A DNA stretch of 64,000 nucleotides, taken from positions 310,001 to 374,000 of the forward strand of contig CATNEN010000025.1 in assembly GCA_950097015.1 (NCBI GenBank). Direction: 5' to 3'. Numbering within the stretch: position 1 is the first letter of the stretch; every line of letters begins with the position of its first letter. This DNA comes from Macrostomum hystrix (lineage: Eukaryota; Animalia; Platyhelminthes). Below the pieces are notes generated by a model. That model ran no database searches and was not told the DNA's origin. It worked only from the letters and a program-made list of their open reading frames with translations. A program made the translations under genes and the position numbers. Of the stretch, positions 1 through 11,885 are shown in pieces.

Positions 1-767
1 TAATCTTCAATTGGTCCCCATATCTCTATTCCAATTTAAACCTATTTATTATTCACACAGAATTTACCAGATTGAAAACCCTTTAATCACCATGTCTGGC
101 TTAGTGTGGTATTCCTATATATTGGGGTCCCTAAAAGAGCCTTTGGGCTAAGGGTATCCAAAAAAAGAGTAATCTTCAATAGGTCCTTGGGACCTTGAAT
201 CTATTGATAATCATGTTTATTTGTCATTCTCCCACCTATAGTCACCCAACACTTTTTTTTCTAAATTCCTAATGCCCTATGTTCCCTAGTGTTTTTCTGT
301 GGTAGGGAAGCCATTCCATAGAAAATTGTTTTCTTTATTAAACTTAGCATCCCAAAAAAACAGATTTATGCGCCTACTAAAACTTGAACTATTTATAGGA
401 TTAAAGTTCAATAAGCCTGGCAATATGTGTATTATAAGAAAAAATTGCTAGGCCAAAATATGTTAGTGTTAGTAGGCTGCAGTTTTTTTCACATTTTAAA
501 ATGTTTAGGAGACGATCTAGCTATTTACAAAACCAAATTCAACTTAAATATAACACAAAATTAATTCTTTTTTAACTTTTGAGATTATTATTACTATTAT
601 ACTTTCAATAATTTATTTAAGTATAGACTGGGAAATAAATCACTTCTGTTTAAAAAATTCATGTTTATTGGTACATCTTACTTTATTAACAAATGACTTA
701 CTAGATGGTGCTGCTTGTTTTATTTAAACATATTTGTGGACGCTCAAATGTTTTATCAATTTCTTTC

Positions 768-769
768 AG
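768..769 (+). promoter_or_regulatory. Strong 3' splice acceptor 15 nt upstream of the PIGS ATG (5'UTR intron or trans-splice site)
   Basis: ttttatcaatttctttcAG directly before tctgatctgtgaaaaATG. Confidence 0.5.
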
Positions 770-784
770 TCTGATCTGTGAAAA

Positions 785-982
785 ATGCCTGTACCAGAGG
801 CTGAGCTCAAGCGGCTGGCGCCCACCATTGATGAAGCTCGGCGTGCAGCCTATGCTAGTCTGGTCTTCTTATTGGCTTGCCTGCTATTTGTGCCACTGTG
901 GTGGCGCCTCACAACAGTTGAAAGGCAGCCCTTGCCAACTGATGAAATCAACAGGCTGTATTATAGACAGCCTGAGTTGCAG
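785..982 (+). CDS. PIGS: PIGS exon 1 (start codon, TM1)
   Basis: ATG at 785; hydrophobic ASLVFLLACLLFVPLWW; donor CAG|GTCTGT at 983 is weak but phase-compatible with the next exon. Confidence 0.85.
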
Positions 983-3900
983 GTCTGTGTCCCAACTGTG
1001 TGATCTATGGCCTGACAGAGCTGAGAGAAGCTGATGTTACTGAGGGATTTTTGGGATTAAGGCAAGCTCATGTTAATGAGGGACCAGGGATAGGATTAAA
1101 TTGAGGATCTGGGGATGGGAGTAGCTCAAGGATCTGAGGATGGGAGTAGCTTAAGGATCTGAGGGTGGGAGTAGCTCAAGGATCTGAGGATGGGAGTAGC
1201 TCAAGGATCTGAGGATGGGAGTAGCTCAAGGATCTGAGGATGGGAGTAGCTCAAGGATCTAAGGATGGGAGTAGCTCAAGGATCTGGGGATGGGAGTAGC
1301 TCAAGGATCTGAGGATGGGAGTAGCTCAAGGATCTGGGGATGGGAGTAGCTTAAGGATCTGAGGATGGGAGTAGCTCAAGGATCTGAGGGTGGGAGTAGC
1401 TTAAGGATCTGGGGATGGGAGTAGCTCAAGGATCTGAGGGTGGGAGTAGCTTAAGGATCTGAGGGTGGGAGTAGCTCAAGGATCTGAGGGTGGGAGTAGC
1501 TCAAGGATCTGAGGGTGGGAGTAGCTCAAGGATCTGAGGGTGGGAGTAGCTCAAGGATCTGAGGGTGGGAGTAGCTCAATGTTTGATTGTGGGACCTTCA
1601 AAGGCATCGCTCGCACCTTTTTACAGGTGGACCTGCGCATCATTAGCTTCGACGCCTGGTTAGAGCCGTCCGACCTGGCGAATCTAGAGCGGCACCTGCT
1701 AGACCGTCTGGTGCCAGCCGGCCTGGACAAGCGGCGCCACGTCCACCTGCGCTACCGGGTGTCTGCCAGGCCCGCCACGCCGCAGGAGACGGAGCTGATG
1801 CGCTCGGCTGGCTCTCCAGCCGAACTTGAAGACGGCCTTCGCCTGACATCGTCGGGAAGCGGGATCGGTGGCGGAGTCGGAATGTCGCCGGGTTCAAGCG
1901 CTTCGACATCGGCTTCGGAGTCCACCCTGACAATACTGCTGCTGCCGAATTCGTCCAAACTGTTGGAGCCGCCGGCTTCTGTTGGCGGAGGTGGCGGCGT
2001 TAGCGGAAGGTAGCTATTAACTGCCTTTTTAGTTGAGATGGATCGAAATTAGATTTTTTAAATCTCAAATACCTGATGAAACAAAACAAGTTAGTTTCCT
2101 TCTAACACAATACTGAAGTTAAAATCAAGTCTATGAACCAGACTGATGACAAAAGTCAAACTCTCTCTCTGCTCTAATACTCTTGCTAATACACGAACCA
2201 AACTGGAATGTATGTATGCCATGTGTACAGTTTTAGGGTACAAAAACCTACAGCCATGGAGTGAGGGTGACCGCAAAATATAAGTAGAATTGAAAATTTT
2301 ACTAACTATGTTAAACACCCGCTGTGTTAATGCCAGAGTGGCATAGGAAGCTTTGCACCTGGCTAGACCAGTTTGGACTTTGACACAGACTAGGCGAGGG
2401 TGTCCTGTGTTTGAGCTGCGCCTAATGTTTAGGCTTGATCGGTGAAATTGGAGATATTAGCGTCAGGGTGTCCATAGTGGCCATAGTTCCACCTGTTGTA
2501 GCCCTTGAAGGTCCAGCAGTCCGTCTAGATAAATTTGGGTGACCACCGAAGACAGAGATGATGCAGGCACATTCGGGTGGCATGCTGATACATTTTGAAG
2601 GCCTGGCAAGGCCGCACTGAGGCGCAGTGCTAATTCGGGTTTGTGTTCAGACCTTCGGCCAGAACCATTGAATATCTCGACGGTCTGAGGAGCTGGCGAC
2701 TTGATTCTTGCTTCAGAAGATGTGCAACAAAGAGTTGGCCAGTGTTCTTAAGTTTCGTGGCTTGCGTTGCTCCGTTCGGGTGCAGCACAAAAAATGGATC
2801 CCTTGGTAGTTAATGTTATACTGCGGGAAAATCTCGATTTCGATTTGAAAACTCAGTTTCGACCCATCTCTACTTCTGAGCAATCAACCTATTTAGGTAG
2901 AGTGATTGTTTAGCAATAAATCAGTGCGGAACCCGATTTCCAATGCCAGGCGAGGCTACGTGCGTGAATCCGGCTGCGTCTACCTCAGCAGCGGCTCCGG
3001 CGTCTCTGAGATTCGCGACAAAATTGAGCGCCTCACAACTCGAGTCCTGCTGGATGTTGACGGCCTGGAGGAGGCCTATTTCAACGCTCTGGGAGATCAG
3101 CCGCTGCCTAGCGCCGAAGCGCAACGTCAGTCTGGAGCAGCGGCAGCCTATGACATTGTGCTGAGTTTGGTACACTGCCAGCCAACCGCGCAGCGTCGCC
3201 TAAATTGGGACGTCCAGGAGGCGGTCCGGCTGCTGCTGGACCCGTTCTTGGCCAGGCTTAGCCGCTATGTCAACCTGTCCGTTCGATCCCAGATTGTGCA
3301 TCACGTGACCTTTCATCGGGCGCCGATTAGGTGAGTATCGACCAATTTTAGATTGGGTAAAAATGAAGCATTCTTTAGATTGTTGACGTATTTAATTCAT
3401 TAATCTTTTTTTAGCAGAATTTTGCCTCTATTGATTGATCAGTTCCTTGACTGATCGACCAATTTTAGATTAGACAGCTGACATGGTTACATGGTGAAAA
3501 ATTGTTCTTCTTGCCACCAGACACCACGACGAGAATCTTTGAATCTCTCGATGGTTCCGATGATTTGTGATTCTGCAAGTATTCTAATCTGATAGGACGG
3601 AAAATTTTAGCCTTTTTGTGTATCTTCATTGCGATTGGTTGAATATTTTTGGAGATACAGAAAACAATATTTCATTATTGATGGGCACATTTTTTCTTGC
3701 TCTATTAGGTCCTTGGATGGCAGTCACTACTACTACGATGAGTCGGCCCTGCCGGACCTGCTCAACAGTCTGGAGCCGTACGTGCAGTCTCCCGTGAGCT
3801 CGAATCCCCAGCTCAGCCTGCTGGTGTATGTTCCGCCCGAAGTTCACTCGCCCCTGCGGCTACACGGACTAGACGATCAGCCAGTCGGCGTCAATGCTCT

Positions 3901-6475
3901 CGTGAGCGCTCGCTGGGGCGGTGTGTACTTTTACAATCCGCCAAAGGGCGACTGGCCCAACGGCCAGCACCGGGTCAACATGACTGAGGCTCTTGGCGGA
4001 CTGCTGCCACAGCTGAAGGCTCTGCTGGGACTGCGGCGTCAGCTGCCCAGGATCTACCTGCCGATTGAGCCGCCGGGCTATAGTCAGGTGCGCTGGTGCT
4101 GGGCGGGTGCAGTGTCTAACTGAGTGTGTGATTGTCTAACTGAGTGTGTCAGTGTCTAACTGAGTGTGTGATTGTCTAACTGAGTGTGTCAGTGTCTAAC
4201 TGAGTGTGTGATTGTCTAACTGAGTGGGTCAGTGTCTAACTGAGTGGGTCAGTGTCTAACTGAGTGTGTGAGTGTCTAACTGAGTGGGTCAGTGTCTAAC
4301 TGAGTGTGTGATTGTCTAACTGAGTGGGTCAGTGTCTAACTGAGTGGGTCAGTGTCTAACTGAGTGGGTCAGTGTCTAACTGAGTGGGTCAGTGTCTAAC
4401 TGAGTGTGTCAGTGTCTAACTGAGTGGGTCAGTGTCTAACTGAGTGGGTCAGTGTCTTACTGAGTGGGTCAGTGTCTAACTGAGTTGGTCAGTGTCTAAC
4501 TGAGTGTGTGATTGTCTAACTGAGTGGGTCAGTGTCTAACTGAGTGGGTCAGTGTCTAACTGAGTGTGTGAGTGTCTAACTGAGTGGGTCAGTGTCTAAC
4601 TGAGTGTGTGATTGTCTAACTGAGTGGGTCAGTGTCTAACTGAGTGGGTCAGTGTCTAACTGAGTGGGTCAGTGTCTAACTGAGTGGGTCAGTGTCTAAC
4701 TGAGTGTGTCAGTGTCTAACTGAGTGGGTCAGTGTCTAACTGAGTGTGTCAGTGTCTTACTGAGTGGGTCAGTGTCTAACTGAGTGGGTCAGTTTCTAAC
4801 TGAGTGGGTCAGTGTCTTACTGAGTGGGTCAGTGTCTAACTGAGTGGGTCAGTGTCTAACTGAGTGTGTTATTGTCTAACTGAGTGGGTCAGTGTCTAAC
4901 TGAGTGGGTCAGTGTCTAACTGAGTTGGTCAGTGTCTAACTGAGTGGGTCAGTGTCTAACTGAGTGGGTCAGTGTCTAACTGAGTGGGTCAGTGTCTAAC
5001 TGAGTGGGTCAGTGTCTAACTGAGTGGGTCAGTGTCTAACTGAGTGGGTCAGTGTCTAACTGAGTGGGTCAGTGTCTAACTGAGTGGGTCAGTGTCTAAC
5101 TGAGTCGGTCAGTGTCTAACTGAGTGTGTGAGTGTCTAACTGAGTCGGTCAGTGTCTAACTGAGTGTGTGATTGTCTAACTGAGTGGGTCAGTGTCTAAC
5201 TGAGTGGGTCAGTGTCTAACTGAGTGGGTCAGTGTCTAACTGAGTGGGTCAGTGTCTAACTGAGTGGGTCAGTGTCTAACTGAGTGGGTCAGTGTCTAAC
5301 TGAGTGGGTCAGTTTCTAACTGAGTGGGTCAGTGTCTAACTGAGTGGGTCAGTGTCTAACTGAGTGGGTCAGTGTCTAACTGAGTGGGTCAGTGTCTAAC
5401 TGAGTGGGTCAGTGTCTAACTGAGTGGGTCAGTGTCTAACTGAGTGGGTCAGTGTCTAACTGAGTGGGTCAGTGTCTAACTGAGTGGGTCAGTGTCTAAC
5501 TGAGTGTGTGAGTGTCTAACTGAGTTGGTCAGTGTCTAACTGAGTGGGTCAGTGTCTTACTGAGTGGGTCAGTGTCTAACTGAGTGGGTCAGTGTCTAAC
5601 TGAGTGGGTCAGTTTCTAACTGAGTGGGTCAGTGTCTAACTGAGTGGGTCAGTGTCTAACTTAGTTGGTCAGTGTCTAACTGAGTGGGTCAGTGTCTAAC
5701 TGAGTGGGTCAGTGTCTAACTGAGTGGGTCAGTGTCTAACTGAGTGGGTCAGTGTCTAACTGAGTGGGTCAGTGTCTAACTGAGTGGGTCAGTGTCTAAC
5801 TGAGTGGGTCAGTGTCTAACTGAGTGGGTCAGTGTCTAACTGAGTGGGTCAGTGTCTAACTGAGTGGGTCAGTGTCTAACTGAGTGGGTCAGTGTCTAAC
5901 TGAGTTGGTCAGTGTCTAACTGAGTGGGTCAGTGTCTAACTGAGTGGGTCAGTGTCTTACTGAGTGGGTCAGTGTCTAACTGAGTGGGTCAGTGTCTAAC
6001 TGAGTGGGTCAGTGTCTAACTGAGTTAATAACGCGCTCTCACTCTGCACTGACTCCAGGTGACTCAGCTGGAGCTGCGCCAATGGCTTCGCCGCCGCAGT
6101 CTGGAGAGTGCTGCCCGCAGCAAGCTGGCCCTGCGGTCCCTGGTGCAGCTGCTGGACCGGGTGGAGAACATGGTCATCAGCGAGCACGTCGCCGAGCAGA
6201 TCGGCTCGTCCGTTGGCGCCCTCAGTTTGGCGTTGGACAATCTCAGACACGGCGGCCTCACAGAAGGCTTCGTGGCGGCTAAGGCGGCTCTGAGAAACGC
6301 CGAGTCGGCCTTCTTCGACCACAGCCTGCTGCAGCTGTTGTACTTTCCACAGGATCAAAAGTACGCCATCTACGTGCCCTACTTTCTGCCTGTCGCCGCC
6401 TCTATGCTCATATCTGGCTTGAACGCCATCCGACTGCTCCGGGTTCTGGCGACTCAGAAGGCGAAGGAGGAGTAG
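785..6475 (+). CDS. PIGS: GPI-anchor transamidase subunit PIG-S; join(785..982,1627..2009,2950(or 2914)..3330,3709..4087,6059..6475), 585 (or 597) aa
   Basis: N-terminal TM followed by VPLWWRLTTVERQPLP and C-terminal AFFDHSLLQLLYFPQDQKYAIYVPYFLP match PIG-S/Gpi17 motifs as I recall them. All four introns are GT-AG with compatible phases (0,2,2,0). Confidence 0.93.
1104..1579. repeat. Minisatellite, 25-bp unit GAGGATGGGAGTAGCTCAAGGATCT, about 19 copies (PIGS intron 1)
   Basis: Period read directly from the sequence. Confidence 0.95.
1627..2009 (+). CDS. PIGS: PIGS exon 2
   Basis: Acceptor tttttacag|GTG; open frame VDLRIISFDAW...GVS with a Gly/Ser-rich stretch; donor AG|GTAGCT at 2010. Confidence 0.8.
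2950..3330 (+). CDS. PIGS: PIGS exon 3 (alternative in-frame start at 2914)
   Basis: YDIVLSLVHCQP...LNWDVQEAV...LDPFLARLSRYVNLSVRSQI is PIG-S core-like; donor GTGAGT at 3331. Confidence 0.88.
3709..4087 (+). CDS. PIGS: PIGS exon 4
   Basis: Acceptor ttttcttgctctattag; LSLLVYVPP...SPLRL...NALVSARWGGVYFYN is PIG-S-like; donor CAG|GTGCGC at 4088. Confidence 0.9.
4111..6025. repeat. Minisatellite, 20-bp unit AGTGTCTAACTGAGTGGGTC, about 96 copies (PIGS intron 4)
   Basis: Exact 20-bp period; fills about 97% of the 1971-nt intron. Confidence 0.98.
6059..6475 (+). CDS. PIGS: PIGS exon 5 (TM2, stop)
   Basis: Acceptor gactccag|GTG; LLYFPQDQKYAIYVPYFLP; TAG at 6473-6475. Confidence 0.93.
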   Translation: MTQLELRQWLRRRSLESAARSKLALRSLVQLLDRVENMVISEHVAEQIGSSVGALSLALDNLRHGGLTEGFVAAKAALRNAESAFFDHSLLQLLYFPQDQKYAIYVPYFLPVAASMLISGLNAIRLLRVLATQKAKEE

Positions 6476-6776
6476 CTCAGAGGGGCGGGATTGGTAGATC
6501 GATCGGTTGATTGATTTGTACTGTTTCTCAATTTTTTTCTTTATTTAGTTTTCTATTGCTGTTGTATCGCTATTTAGTTGTTTGAAAAATTTGAAAATGA
6601 TTTTTTTGCTTTGCAATACACACTACTTTTAGTAAAAAGTAAAGAGATATGAAACATTTTCTTCAAATTTGTGCCCTACTTAAGAAACGCTGAGTGTAAT
6701 TTTTTTAGTTTTTTTAAATTTCAACATTTACTCAGTAAAGGGTACATTATTGCATAGATTTGAGTGCATCAGTGTC

Positions 6777-6782
6777 AATAAA
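6777..6782 (+). terminator. Candidate polyadenylation signal for PIGS (second AATAAA at 7140-7145)
   Basis: AATAAA about 300 nt after the stop in AT-rich sequence. Confidence 0.45.
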
Positions 6783-7194
6783 AAAGAAGCAAAACAGTTA
6801 CAAAAGAAATGGCTGGTTAAACTTTTCGCACGCAGATAAATTGAAATGTAACGTAATTCTTATGTGAATTCATTTGAAAAAAACTGTTTTGTATCTGTTT
6901 CACTTGTCTTACTTACAACTTATACATGCTTAGAATTTCTTCTTATACAAAAACTGTGCCAGAACTGTACTTTCTTGAGTGCTTTAGTGTACCTCTTTTC
7001 CTTTTGTTCATTCTTAGAATATATGTGTAATATGTTGCCTGCATAATTGTGCTTAACTTTCACGAAAATATGCTGGATAAAAGTGTGCCTACCTTCTAAC
7101 TGCTGTTCGTCACTCGAATGTACCTAACATTATCCAGTAAATAAATGCGTTTTGATTTTAAGAAAGCACTTATAAAAAAGTAATTTATCATATT

Positions 7195-9148
7195 CTCCAC
7201 TCTCCACTATCATGTCACTCTCTCCACCCTCATGTCACTCTCTTCACTCTCATGTCACTCTCTCCACTCTCATGTCACTCTCTTCACTCTCATGTCACTC
7301 TCATGTCACTCTCATGTCACTTTCATGTCACTCTCTTCACTCTCATGTCACTCTCTTCACTCTCATGTCACTCTCTCCACTTTCATGTCACTCTCTTCAC
7401 TCTCATGTCACTCTCTTCACTCTCATGTCACTCTCCACTCTCATGTCACTCTCTTCACTCTCATGTCACTCTCTTCACTCTCATGTCACTCTCTTCACTC
7501 TCATGTCACTCTCATGTCACTCTCATGTCACTTTCATGTCACTCTCTCCACTTTCATGTCACTCTCTCCACTATCATGTCACTCTCTCCACTCTCATGTC
7601 ACTCTCTCCACTCTCATGTCACTCTCTTCACTCTCATGTCACTCTCTTCACTCTCATGTCACTCTCTTCACTCTCATGTCACTCTCTTCACTCTCATGTC
7701 ACTCTCTTCACTCTCATGTCACTCTCATGTCACTCTCATGTCACTTTCATGTCACTCTCTCCACTTTCATGTCACTCTCTCCACTATCATGTCACTCTCT
7801 CCACTATCATGTCACTCTCTCCACTTCCATGTCACTCTCTTCACTCTCATGTCACTCTCTCCACTCTCATGTCACTCTCTTCACTCTCATGTCACTCTCT
7901 TCACTCTCATGTCACTCTCTCCACTCTCATGTCACTCTCTCCACTCTCATGTCACTCTCTTCACTCTCATGTCACTCTCTTCACTCTCATGTCACTCTCT
8001 TCACTCTCATGTCACTCTCTTCACTCTCATGTCACTCTCTCCACTTTCATGTCACTCTCTTCACTCTCATGTCACTCTCTTCACTCTCATGTCACTCTCC
8101 ACTCTCATGTCACTCTCTTCACTCTCATGTCACTCTCTTCACTCTCATGTCACTCTCTTCACTCTCATGTCACTCTCATGTCACTCTCATGTCACTTTCA
8201 TGTCACTCTCTCCACTTTCATGTCACTCTCTCCACTATCATGTCACTCTCTCCACTCTCATGTCACTCTCTCCACTCTCATGTCACTCTCTTCACTCTCA
8301 TGTCACTCTCTTCACTCTCATGTCACTCTCTTCACTCTCATGTCACTCTCTTCACTCTCATGTCACTCTCTTCACTCTCATGTCACTCTCATGTCACTCT
8401 CATGTCACTTTCATGTCACTCTCTCCACTTTCATGTCACTCTCTCCACTATCATGTCACTCTCTCCACTATCATGTCACTCTCTCCACTTCCATGTCACT
8501 CTCTTCACTCTCATGTCACTCTCTCCACTCTCATGTCACTCTCTTCACTCTCATGTCACTCTCTTCACTCTCATGTCACTCTCTCCACTCTCATGTCACT
8601 CTCTCCACTCTCATGTCACTCTCTTCACTCTCATGTCACTCTCTTCACTCTCATGTCACTCTCTTCACTCTCATGTCACTCTCTTCACTCTCATGTCACT
8701 CTCTTCACTCTCATGTCACTCTCATGTCACTCTCATGTCACTTTCATGTCACTCTCTCCACTTTCATGTCACTCTCTCCACTATCATGTCACTCTCTCCA
8801 CTCTCATGTCACTCTCTTCACTCTCATGTCACTCTCTCCACTCTCATGTCACTCTCTTCACTCTCATGTCACTCTCTTCACTCTCATGTCACTCTCTCCA
8901 CTCTCATGTCACTCTCTCCACTCTCATGTCACTCTCTTCACTCTCATGTCACTCTCTTCACTCTCATGTCACTCTCTTCACTCTCATGTCACTCTCTTCA
9001 CTCTCATGTCACTCTCATGTCACTCTCTGCACTTTCATGTCACTCTCTCCACTTTCATGTCACTCTCTCCACTTTCATGTCACTCTCTTCACTCTCATGT
9101 CACTCTCTCCACTCTCGTGTCACCCTCTCCCCTATCTTGTCACTCTCT
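7195..9148. repeat. Minisatellite, 20-bp unit CATGTCACTCTC(TT/TC)CACTCT with shorter 11-bp variants
   Basis: Direct periodicity; source of three spurious 630-650 aa ORFs. Confidence 0.97.
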
Positions 9149-9714
9149 AGGCTAGAAACATTTGCCTATTACGCGACCTGAAAAATTTTCCGGGATCATT
9201 CTTCGAAACAAAAAATTGATTTCCGCATCCATTGCCATTGCGGAAATCTGAGAAGGAAAATGTGATTGACAGTTGTGGTCGAGAGAACTAGCTGAGGCCT
9301 TGGTTCTAGGTGAGTGGGAAGGAGGGGTGAAAACTGTAAGCCCGGTTTTAGTACGTGCCACTGCATGCGACTTTTCTGACCGCTTATTTCTAGATACCTG
9401 ATTCAGGTAACATTTTCGTCATGAAATTTACTGTTCTTCCAGTCGTCACCCTGTTCAAATTCTCATTTATACGCTGCTCTATCCCACTCCCTCCCCTGTT
9501 TTAGTTAAAGCATTCAATCACGGAGTCGGACTGCTCTGGGAAAATTGCGAATCTCCCAGTCCCAATCTCGTTTGTACGAGCGGCGAAGCTAAAAGTTCCT
9601 ACGTACTTATCCGCTATTTTTCCTTGACGATTTTATTAAACGGTTAAATTTCTTCGGTAACTCCTGACGCTGCATTATAGATGAGCATATCCCAAATATC
9701 CTAAATGTCTACAA

Positions 9715-10260
9715 TAATCCCAAACTGTCCACAGTGATCTTAAACTGTCCACAATAATCTCAAACTGCCCACAATGATCTCAAACTTCCCACAATGATCT
9801 CAAACTGCCCACAATGATCTCAAACTGTCCACAATGATCTCAAACTGCCCACAATGATCTCAAACTGTCCACAATAATCTCAAACTGCCCACAATGATCT
9901 CAAACTGCCCACAATGATCTTAAACTGTCCGCAATGATCTCCAACTGTCCACAACGATCTCAAACTGTCCACAATGATCTTAAACTGTTCACAATGATCT
10001 CAAACTGTCCACAGTGATCTCAAACTATCTAGAATGATCCCAGACCGCCTAGAATAATCCCATACCGGCTAGAATAATCCCATACCGGCTAGAATAATCC
10101 CATACCGGCTAGAATAATCCCATACCGGCTAGAATAATCCCATACCGCCTAGAATAATCCCATACCGCCTAGAATAATCCCATACCGCCTAGAATAATCC
10201 AATACCGCCTAGAATAATCCCATACCGCCTAGAATAATCCTAAACGGTCTTCAATGATCC
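9715..10260. repeat. Two abutting 20-bp minisatellites (CAAACTGCCCACAATGATCT then AGAATAATCCCATACCGCCT)
   Basis: Direct periodicity; unit switches near 10030. Confidence 0.92.
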
Positions 10261-10781
10261 CAAACTGTCTCGACTGTTCTCAAACTGTCTAAAACGGTTC
10301 TTGGCAGTCTAGAATGATCCGAATAATAAGTTATAAAATAATTCCACCCACTTGTATGAGCACACTGTTTTGTCTTTCATGGATCTCTCAATCTCCGCCT
10401 GACTTTGGTACAATTAAAATGGTATAGACAGCTTTCCACACTAGGATTAGTTAAGCGCAATCAGTCATGCAGCAGAAATCCAGTCAAACTGACGGAAACC
10501 CTGCGGACTGCGGAGTATTTTAGCTTAGGCATAGAAATAATTCTTAAATCAACTGCTGATTTTTTTTCGTCACGGGTCCAAACTGAACCCATTTCTGGCC
10601 AGACCGTAGCGCGAGCTAAAAGTACATTACCGTATTGGCACCGCGCACTTTTCTCCATTGCCAATATGAAGAAATTGCTCATATAACGCATGCATTTGTA
10701 ATGCGGATTCGTGAATGCTTTGGACAGCACGGGAAGACACTTGAGAAAGGAGGTGGTCTGGTTGAAAATCAATCTCAAATG

Positions 10782-10782
<1 letters not shown>

Positions 10783-10814
<32 letters not shown>
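10783..10814. repeat. (TG)16 microsatellite
   Basis: Directly visible. Confidence 0.95.
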
Positions 10815-10816
<2 letters not shown>

Positions 10817-11637
10817 CTCAGAATCTCCTCTCCTCCTGCTTCCTAAGCAATATTTTACCGACCCGTGAAATCGATATTTGGAAAGCAGGTGCCTGTGTGG
10901 ATGTCTCCGCGCTATCGACTCAAATTTTCTTCATTTTCCATCGACTTGCTTTTGAAGCACAAAAACTGGTGAAAAGTCTGACTTCAAATGTGATTGGCTT
11001 AGCTCCTTGTCACGTGACTGGATTGATGGAAAAAAAATCCCGGATTTCCGAAAAATAGCAACTGATCGGTTTTTTAAAGGCTGATTTGCACATGTTTTAC
11101 ACAAGAAACGTGACGTAGTCACACTGCTGCGATGAGTCAGCGGGTATTTACCGGCCTAACCTCATTCCTACTTCCCGTAGTGCGAACTGGGACTTCCTAA
11201 GCTGGACACCTGACAGCTGTTGAACAGCTGCACATATTGCGCATAGTGTCTGGCCCAACTGCTAAATAATCCACCTGGGACCTGCTGTCAGAAGCAGCAG
11301 CAGCCAATATAATTCCCAATCACCTGATCCCACCGGACCCTGCGTTGGACTGAGGCCAGGAATTTCACTTTGTACTTTTATTTCCGCCAAGGCGGCTTTC
11401 GCTGGCACGCGCGGACCCAAACTCGAATGGCCTGCAGCCTGACCCCTGTGTCAGTTGTGCTATCCACTGTGCTCTCTCTTAGTAGTAATCCCGGCCTCCG
11501 TCTTCGTGCTCCACCAGCAGATATCTGCTTTCTCTCACGCCCTCGTCTTCCTCATCCCCTCTCCCCATCCATCTCCTTCTACCCCTTCTCATCCTCTATC
11601 CTCATCCTTCTACCCCATCCTCTTCTCACTCTACTCT

Positions 11638-11885
11638 CTCATCCCCTTCTCACTCCACTGTCTCATCTTCTTCTCACTCTACTGTCTCATTCCTTCTCAC
11701 TCCACTGTCTCATCCCCTTCTCACTCCACTGTCTCATCCCCTTCTCACTCCACTGTCTCATCCACTTCTCACTCCCCTCCCTCATCCCCTTCTCACTCCC
11801 TCCCTCATCCCCTTCTCACTCCCCTCCCTCATCACCTTCTCACTCCCTCCCTCATCCCCTTCTCACTCCCCTCCCTCATTCCCTT
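11638..11885. repeat. Degenerate pyrimidine-rich minisatellite, about 24-bp unit CTCATCCCCTTCTCACTCCACTGT
   Basis: About 10 imperfect copies. Confidence 0.8.

Noticed and set aside
2330-2800. GC-richer unique stretch in PIGS intron 2 as a nested gene or TE remnant
   Set aside because: The minus-strand frames I translated are interrupted by stops, the ORF track shows nothing here, and I recognise no motif. A BLASTx search would be needed.
7212-9181. Three overlapping 630-650 aa ORFs (SLSCHSLHSHVTL repeats)
   Set aside because: Translations of a 20-bp minisatellite that lacks stop codons in all three frames; no splice or domain evidence.
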